From a virus (lineage: Duplodnaviria; Caudoviricetes): a stretch of 30,626 nt of DNA. Made by a program: the position numbers and the translations under genes. The DNA lies in IMG/VR virus record IMGVR_UViG_3300035182_000825, positions 1 to 30,626 of that record; one strand, given 5' to 3'. Below the pieces are notes generated by a model. The model saw only the letters and a list, made by a program, of their open reading frames with translations. It ran no database searches and was not told the DNA's origin. The first letter of the stretch is position 1, and every line of letters begins with the position of its first letter. This document shows positions 25,415-30,626 of the stretch, in pieces.

Positions 25415-25511
25415 GCTTCCGGTGTCGAGAGGGTCTCGGCTCGAGCCCTCTCCGCAACGGGTAATGGCGAGTCGCCCGTTTAAAGGCTCGCCAATTTTAG
25501 GAGTTTTAGCT

Positions 25512-26195
25512 ATGTCAGACGTCAAGCAAGTTGAACAAACAGAAGGTATCGAGGGTGAACAAGTCCAGGAGGCAAAAGCTCCTCGCACAATCACCACAGT
25601 AACCATGACAGATGGCCGCGTGGTCGAATTCGCAGGCAAGCGCAAAATGCTGAAGGAGGTTATTCAGACTCCCGAGGGCGTTGCGGTGCGTTTTGACTTC
25701 CTGGATGGAAACACGCTGCTGGCCGTTGTTCCCCAACAGCATGTTATTTATGCGGCAGGCCACGGCTATGCACAGAAACTCGGCGACGAGGTTGCCGGTG
25801 CGAAGGATGAGGCGGGCAATCCCGCATCCGCTGAGGATATGTTCCTAGCGGTCGAGGCCCTGCACACTCGCCTAACGAACTCGGATAGCTGGAACAGTGT
25901 CCGAACCGCTGGCGAGGGTTCCGGAGTCTCTGGCGCGGGGATTGTCCTGCGGGCGATTGCCGAGGTCAACGGGAAGGACATTGCCACCATTAAAGCCTTC
26001 ATGGATAAGAAGATGGCGACCGCTGCCGCAGCCGGCCAGAAGCTCACCCGGAAGATGCTGTATGACTCGTTCAAACAGCCGGGCACCCCGACGGCCGCTG
26101 TTATCGAGCGTCTCGAAGCCGAGCGCGCGGCCAAGGCTCCGGCCAAAGACGCGCCAGTGGTAAGTGCGGCAGACCTGATGGCCGAAATGGGCTGA
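25512..26195 (+). CDS. Phage protein with YA..HG..Q..GD motif (paralog of 23138-23677)
   Basis: AGGAG RBS, ATG at 25512 (227 aa); YAAGHGYAQKLGD...W...R; C-terminal VSAADLMAEMG. Confidence 0.82.
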   Translation: MSDVKQVEQTEGIEGEQVQEAKAPRTITTVTMTDGRVVEFAGKRKMLKEVIQTPEGVAVRFDFLDGNTLLAVVPQQHVIYAAGHGYAQKLGDEVAGAKDEAGNPASAEDMFLAVEALHTRLTNSDSWNSVRTAGEGSGVSGAGIVLRAIAEVNGKDIATIKAFMDKKMATAAAAGQKLTRKMLYDSFKQPGTPTAAVIERLEAERAAKAPAKDAPVVSAADLMAEMG

Positions 26196-26204
26196 AGGTA
26201 AGGA

Positions 26205-26237
26205 TTCACGCCCCTTTTCGCAAGATAGGGGCGTGAA
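26205..26237 (+). terminator. Stem-loop after 25512-26195 (terminator or processing site)
   Basis: TTCACGCCCCT...AGGGGCGTGAA 11-bp stem; no U tract on the plus strand. Confidence 0.5.
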
Positions 26238-26267
26238 CACGTAACCCCACCGTTATAGGAACCTATC

Positions 26268-26486
26268 ATGTCCCTCTTCTACCCAGTCCCCTCTCGTTGC
26301 GCCTATCCCACCTCCCCCGGAAAGTTTGGCGAGCGCCCTTGGAATGAAACCGACGTGCGGCTGGCTGGTCGCGCTGGAGCTTGGTTTGGACCTTCCACCC
26401 TCTTCGAGTCCGACGAGGCCCGACGGGCTGCGCAAGCCCTCACCGAGCTCCACTTTATCGAGCTCACCCTCTCCCCGGAGGCTTGA
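26268..26486 (+). CDS. Hypothetical protein (72 aa)
   Basis: AGGA RBS; fits the operon spacing. Confidence 0.55.
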   Translation: MSLFYPVPSRCAYPTSPGKFGERPWNETDVRLAGRAGAWFGPSTLFESDEARRAAQALTELHFIELTLSPEA

Positions 26487-26489
26487 GCC

Positions 26490-26768
26490 ATGCCTGCGCC
26501 AAGAGCTCTTATCCCAACCGAGCACCTCCATGTGAAGCTCGAAGCCCCGATTCGGGCTCAGATGGACCTCCACCTCTACTCCCCCCTTGAGGAGCGCGTT
26601 CCGAAAGGAGCGCACAAGGCGTTCCTCGAGGGCCTAATTCGCGCATTCTTCCACTCTCGCACGCTTCCCCTCGAGGCGCACGGATTCCCCCCTGGGTATT
26701 ACATCCAGGGCCCGGCGGAAATGGTCGAGGCCCTCGAGCGAAGACTCTCAAGTCCTGAACCCAGATGA
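26490..26768 (+). CDS. Putative ribbon-helix-helix-like DNA-binding protein
   Basis: GGAGG RBS; MPAPR..IPTEHLHVKLEAPIRAQMDLHL...FLEGLIRAFF strand-helix-helix pattern. Confidence 0.55.
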   Translation: MPAPRALIPTEHLHVKLEAPIRAQMDLHLYSPLEERVPKGAHKAFLEGLIRAFFHSRTLPLEAHGFPPGYYIQGPAEMVEALERRLSSPEPR

Positions 26769-26932
26769 GCCCCGAGGAGGCCCTCAAGGAGCTTCACGCG
26801 ATCGAGGACGACACAGTTAGGAAAATCCTCGAGAACCAGGAACTCGCCTACCGCCTTAACCACCTCCTCAACTTCACGCGAGAGGCCATTAAAGCCCTCA
26901 CTTCACCCACTTCTCCTAAGGAATCACCATGA
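26765..26932 (+). CDS. Hypothetical protein (55 aa)
   Basis: MSPEEALKELHAIEDD...; ATGA overlaps at both ends. Confidence 0.6.
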   Translation: MSPEEALKELHAIEDDTVRKILENQELAYRLNHLLNFTREAIKALTSPTSPKESP

Positions 26933-27132
26933 CACCCGAGCTTAACGCCAAGATAGCCATCTGGAGGCAAAAAGCCCTTGATGGAACCCTCGCCCTCGAG
27001 GAAATGAAAGAGGCCATTAGCGCGCTGCGCCAGGGCCGCGTCTCGGCAGGCATCGCATCCGCCACCTCTCGCGCCAAGAAAGCCAAGGTTGAGGTTCCCT
27101 CGGCCGCAGACCTTCTCGCGGAAATGGAGTAG
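26929..27132 (+). CDS. Hypothetical protein (67 aa) with C-terminal SAADLLAEME
   Basis: AAGGA RBS; two helices, a basic linker and an acidic tail helix. Confidence 0.75.
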   Translation: MTPELNAKIAIWRQKALDGTLALEEMKEAISALRQGRVSAGIASATSRAKKAKVEVPSAADLLAEME

Positions 27133-27135
27133 ACC

Positions 27136-27357
27136 ATGTCAAAGACCTGCCGAACCTGCACCTCCTTCTCCCCCTATCAGCATGAACCAAACCTGGGAGA
27201 GTGCCGCACAAATCCCCCCGTGCTCCAGTGGCTTGTCCTCCCGCAGGAAACCCTCAAGGGACGGGAGCTCGTTCCAACACCCGCCTGCGGATTTCCTCAA
27301 GTCACCTTCTCCACCTGGTGTGCTTGGCACACCCCGTCTCGCACCGTTCTATCCTAA
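27136..27357 (+). CDS. Cys-rich small protein (metal-binding)
   Basis: GGAG RBS; CRTC...GECRTNPP...FPQV....WCAWH. Confidence 0.7.
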   Translation: MSKTCRTCTSFSPYQHEPNLGECRTNPPVLQWLVLPQETLKGRELVPTPACGFPQVTFSTWCAWHTPSRTVLS

Positions 27358-27374
27358 CCTCTCGAGGCCCCACC

Positions 27375-28622
27375 ATGACACGCTATCCATTCCCCGAAGT
27401 CATCGACAATACCATCCGAAGCGCATTCGTCACCTGCCCACGCTACGCCGAGCTCGCATACATCCAGCACTGGAAATCCAAAATCCCGAACGTCCACCTT
27501 CACGCTGGCGGAGCATACGCCCACGGTCTCGAGAAAGCCCGGCTGGCCTACTTCACCGAGGGCGCTTCCCCCGAGATCGCCTTGGCGAAAGGCCTCCACG
27601 CTCTCCTCGAGTTCTACGGGGAATTCGAGTGCCCGCCCGACTCAGCCAAATCCCTCGAGCGGATGCTCGGCGCACTCGAATATACCTTCGACCAATACCC
27701 TCTCGAAACCGACGCAGCGAAGCCCTCCCTGATCTCTCCCGGTCGTCACGGCATAGAGTTCTCCTTCGCGGAGCCCCTTCTCGACGTCCTTCACCCCGAG
27801 ACGGGCAATCCCCTAATCTACTGCGGCCGTATGGACCAAGTCGTCGACTTCGCAGGCGCTCGCTACGGGGAGGACGACAAGACGACCTCTTCCCTCGGCG
27901 CATCGTGGTCGAAGCAATGGGACCTCCGCTCCCAGTTCACCGGCTATTGCTGGGGAGCGCAGCAAGCGGGCATCCCCCTCTCTGGTTTCCTCGTCAGGGG
28001 CGTTTCCATCCTCAAGACGAAATATGACACCCAGCAAGCCATCACCTATCGCCCCCAATGGATGATTGATCGCTGGCGCGAGCAGCTCACCCGTGACCTC
28101 AATCGAATGAAGGCCGCCTGGCTCGAGGGCTACTGGGACTACAACCTCGACGAGAGCTGCAACCACTACGGCGGCTGCACCTTCCGAAAAGTCTGCCTCT
28201 CCCAAGACCCTACACCCTGGCTCGAGACTGAGTTCGAGCGCCGGAAATGGAATCCCGTTACCCGCGAGGAGGTTCCATTCAGCTTCATCTTAGACCGGCA
28301 GTGGCAAACTGCCGCAGGTCCCAAGGCGCTTCTCTTCCGAGTTGCCAGTGCGGGCTTCTTTCCCTACTGGCTCGGGTATGTGGAAGTGCCGTCGGATTCC
28401 TCTCTCTATGAGAAGGAGTACACCGAGGTGCCCATCAAGGCGGGCGTCGGCCTGACCTACTCCGGCAGGCTGCCCGGCAAGTCAGAGTATAACCCTCAGA
28501 ACTACTGGTTTCTAGGGTTCGACACCGCTTTACGAAAGCCCGAGACGCGCGATTTCTGCGCCTCCCAGTGCGAGGAGATTGCTCGCCAGATCGTCGAAAC
28601 CGATATGGACTCCGGCGACTGA
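27375..28622 (+). CDS. Cas4-like PD-(D/E)XK exonuclease with an extra C-terminal domain
   Basis: ATG at 27375 after GAGG. N-terminal CPR, GRMD...EDDKT catalytic core, Q...Y motif, C-x5-C-x5-C (CNHYGGCTFRKVC) Fe-S staple as in Cas4/AddB-type nucleases. Confidence 0.85.
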   Translation: MTRYPFPEVIDNTIRSAFVTCPRYAELAYIQHWKSKIPNVHLHAGGAYAHGLEKARLAYFTEGASPEIALAKGLHALLEFYGEFECPPDSAKSLERMLGALEYTFDQYPLETDAAKPSLISPGRHGIEFSFAEPLLDVLHPETGNPLIYCGRMDQVVDFAGARYGEDDKTTSSLGASWSKQWDLRSQFTGYCWGAQQAGIPLSGFLVRGVSILKTKYDTQQAITYRPQWMIDRWREQLTRDLNRMKAAWLEGYWDYNLDESCNHYGGCTFRKVCLSQDPTPWLETEFERRKWNPVTREEVPFSFILDRQWQTAAGPKALLFRVASAGFFPYWLGYVEVPSDSSLYEKEYTEVPIKAGVGLTYSGRLPGKSEYNPQNYWFLGFDTALRKPETRDFCASQCEEIARQIVETDMDSGD

Positions 28623-28700
28623 CAGTTCCGCCCCTAGAGGCTCTCCCCCGGGCCTCTAGTGGATGCACTGTTGCATCAATCCAACCTCTCGGAGCCCATC

Positions 28701-28904
28701 ATGCCCTCTCTCACCATGCCATCCTTTGCCGGACTGACAATCGAGTCCACCGAAGATTCCATCGAGCTTACCCAAACGCGCAGTTACACCTCTAACACAA
28801 TCAGCATCCCCCGACTTCTGCTTGACGAAGCGATTGCGCAAATCCTAACCATTCGTGACGAGCCTTTCCTGAAGGAGTCTGACAATGAACCTACTGATAA
28901 TTAA
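28701..28904 (+). CDS. Hypothetical protein
   Basis: GGAG RBS before the ATG at 28701 (MPSLTMPSFAG). Confidence 0.55.
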   Translation: MPSLTMPSFAGLTIESTEDSIELTQTRSYTSNTISIPRLLLDEAIAQILTIRDEPFLKESDNEPTDN

Positions 28905-29139
28905 GGCTGCAGGCCAAGACTGGGACGTTCAGTTTACTTTTGACGAAGACTCCGCCCAGATTGCAATCGCCCATGTCTCCCAGCACGGGTACGAGTGCAC
29001 GCGCCCCCTTCCGTCTCTTCACCGAGTCCTGTCCGAGCCGTTCATGCAATTCCTCGCGCAGACGGTGTTTGAGCGCTTTGTCAGTGAATTCACAACCTTC
29101 GGCCTCCAGGACGCCGACGAGCAGCCTTTCGCCCAATGA
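28885..29139 (+). CDS. Hypothetical protein (84 aa)
   Basis: AAGGAG RBS; overlaps both neighbours. Confidence 0.6.
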   Translation: MNLLIIKAAGQDWDVQFTFDEDSAQIAIAHVSQHGYECTRPLPSLHRVLSEPFMQFLAQTVFERFVSEFTTFGLQDADEQPFAQ

Positions 29140-29492
29140 GTCAAATAGACGGTAACGCTACCCTGCGTTTTCTCGAGTCCTCTCGCTTTGTGGGAGAAAT
29201 CCGCAAGTATTGCTGCGGATACGCTTCCCCGAGCGGCGAGCGCTCGAGTGCCTACTGGCCCAACATCGCCTTTATCTGTCCGCAGTGCGGCGAACTTTGG
29301 GCCAGGGCCGTCTATTCTTTCGAGTTCACCTATCGGCCAATTCCCCTAGCGCGCTGGGTCGTCAAGGCTCGCCATTGCCCGGAGTGCGGAGACGGCCATC
29401 TTATCCCCCCCGACACGGATCTCGCCAACGTTTCCCCCGAGCTTCTCAAGCGCGAGGTTTTTCTCCTCCTCTTCTCCAAGGAACTCTCATGA
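29136..29492 (+). CDS. Zn-ribbon protein
   Basis: FICPQCGELWAR...HCPECG; ATGA overlaps at both ends. Confidence 0.65.
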   Translation: MSQIDGNATLRFLESSRFVGEIRKYCCGYASPSGERSSAYWPNIAFICPQCGELWARAVYSFEFTYRPIPLARWVVKARHCPECGDGHLIPPDTDLANVSPELLKREVFLLLFSKELS

Positions 29493-30340
29493 CAAGTCCA
29501 TCCCCCTCCTCCCTAATGGGCCCGAAGATTCTTCTCGAAGGTCCCGCAGGCACCGGCAAGACCTACGCGCTCGGCACACTGGCCGACTGGGCCGAGGCCA
29601 ACGGCAAGCAGATGTTTGTCCTCTTCACCGAAAACGGCCTCGAATCCCTTCTCGGGTACTGGCTTGATCGAGGCCTTGAGGTCCCGAAGTCCCTCCACTA
29701 CCACTCCACCATAACAAAGCCCCTATCGCTCAAGTCCCTCATGGTCGCAGCGGACTCCGTCGGCCGCCTGTCCTACGAGGCCATAACCAAGATGATTGAC
29801 CCAAATCGAGGCGGCATCAATAACGCCTTTCACGCTATCCTGAGTGCTTGCGCCGATTTCCCCGACGACCGCACCGGGGAGAAATTTGGGGCTGTCGACT
29901 CCTGGGGCGTCGACCGAATTTTCGCCATCGATACGCTCAGCGAACTTTCAAACGCCGCCTTCAAAATGGTTATTGGGGCAAAGCCCACTGCCTCCATGCC
30001 CGACTACGGGGTCGCGCAGAACAATTTGATGAACTTCCTGCGCCTCTGCACCCAAGGCATCCCCTGCACTTTCGCCATTACCGCGCACGTCACTCGCGAG
30101 ACCGACGAGATCACAGGCGGCATCAAGCTCATGACCAAGAGCATCGGCAAGGCTCTCGCGAATGAAATTCCCCAGCTCTTCAGCGACGTTATCTACACCG
30201 TACGCGAGGGGGATAAGTTCTACTGGGATACTGCCGCAGCCAACGTCGACGTGAAATCCCGGAACCTCCCGATCAAAGCCCGCCAGTCTCCCGACTTCGG
30301 CCAAGTCATGGCGAAGTGGACTGGTCGCGGAGGAAAGTGA
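29489..30340 (+). CDS. Sak4-like / AAA_24 P-loop ATPase (recombination)
   Basis: ATG at 29489 with AAGGA RBS; Walker A GPAGTGKT, Walker B FAIDTLS, TAHV, IPQLFSDV; syntenic with the Cas4-like nuclease. Confidence 0.82.
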   Translation: MTSPSPSSLMGPKILLEGPAGTGKTYALGTLADWAEANGKQMFVLFTENGLESLLGYWLDRGLEVPKSLHYHSTITKPLSLKSLMVAADSVGRLSYEAITKMIDPNRGGINNAFHAILSACADFPDDRTGEKFGAVDSWGVDRIFAIDTLSELSNAAFKMVIGAKPTASMPDYGVAQNNLMNFLRLCTQGIPCTFAITAHVTRETDEITGGIKLMTKSIGKALANEIPQLFSDVIYTVREGDKFYWDTAAANVDVKSRNLPIKARQSPDFGQVMAKWTGRGGK

Positions 30341-30341
30341 G

Positions 30342-30515
30342 ATGAAAATCCGATACTGGCCTGATGGAGAATGGTGCTTCGAGGCAATGTCGAATCCCCC
30401 CGGCCACCTCGCCGAGGATGCGTATGACGCCCTTCTCCCAGGGGGACTCGACGAGCTCCGCCAGATTGACGAGTTTGTCAACGAGCTCCTAGATTCCGCC
30501 CGCTTTCACCCTTAA
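30342..30515 (+). CDS. Hypothetical protein (57 aa)
   Basis: GGAGG RBS; MKIRYWPDGEWC...QIDEFVNELL. Confidence 0.6.
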   Translation: MKIRYWPDGEWCFEAMSNPPGHLAEDAYDALLPGGLDELRQIDEFVNELLDSARFHP

Positions 30516-30592
30516 GATGTGTCGAGCAGTCTTGGCAGCTGCTCCCCTAGTTGTACCGCCTAACAACCCTTAACCTCAATGGAGTTCACATC

Positions 30593-30626
30593 ATGTCATC
30601 TTTCGACCCCTCTCTGTTCCTCGACG
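30593..30626 (+). CDS. 5' end of a gene, possibly an ssDNA-binding protein (partial)
   Basis: GGAG RBS and MSSFDPSLFLD; product inferred only from its position after the Sak4-like ATPase. Confidence 0.45.
   Translation, partial: MSSFDPSLFLD

Noticed and set aside
27089-28027. 312-aa Arg/Pro-rich plus-strand ORF
   Set aside because: Alternative frame over the Cys-rich gene and the nuclease; composition typical of off-frame reading of C-rich codons.
27375-28272. Cas4-like gene as evidence of a CRISPR-Cas system
   Set aside because: No repeat-spacer array or other cas genes; solo Cas4-like nucleases next to Sak4/SSB are ordinary phage recombination genes.
1-30626. tRNA, rRNA, integrase/att sites, stop-codon reassignment
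   Set aside because: None recognised; genes tile densely under the standard code with all three stops used.

Overview
A ~30.6-kb segment of a tailed dsDNA bacteriophage with podovirus-type (P22-like tail and ejection) architecture. The host is probably proteobacterial, inferred from the IHF and sigma54 consensus sites. The left two-thirds (1-21654, minus strand) is one tightly coupled virion operon: terS, terL, three micro-ORFs, portal, a GroES-like co-chaperonin, scaffold, major capsid, head/tail proteins, tail fibre, gp4/gp10-like tail proteins, a GNAT-fold protein and three ejection proteins. The last ejection protein is >1349 aa, runs off the window and is absent from the ORF track. A divergent control region (21655-22150) holds a sigma70 promoter, a G-rich tract, repeats and back-to-back sigma54 -24/-12 elements around an IHF site. 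The right third (plus strand) carries small early genes including two tandem paralog arrays, a ~600-bp origin-like non-coding region, DNA-binding proteins, a Cas4-like PD-(D/E)XK nuclease, a Sak4/AAA_24-like ATPase and the start of a probable SSB. Most notable: four early proteins from three apparent families share a C-terminal helix motif ([VP]S[AG]x[DES]L[ML][AE]EM); the sigma54/IHF module; and a repeated GUGACAG-loop leader hairpin. All product calls come from motif recognition and synteny, not database searches.
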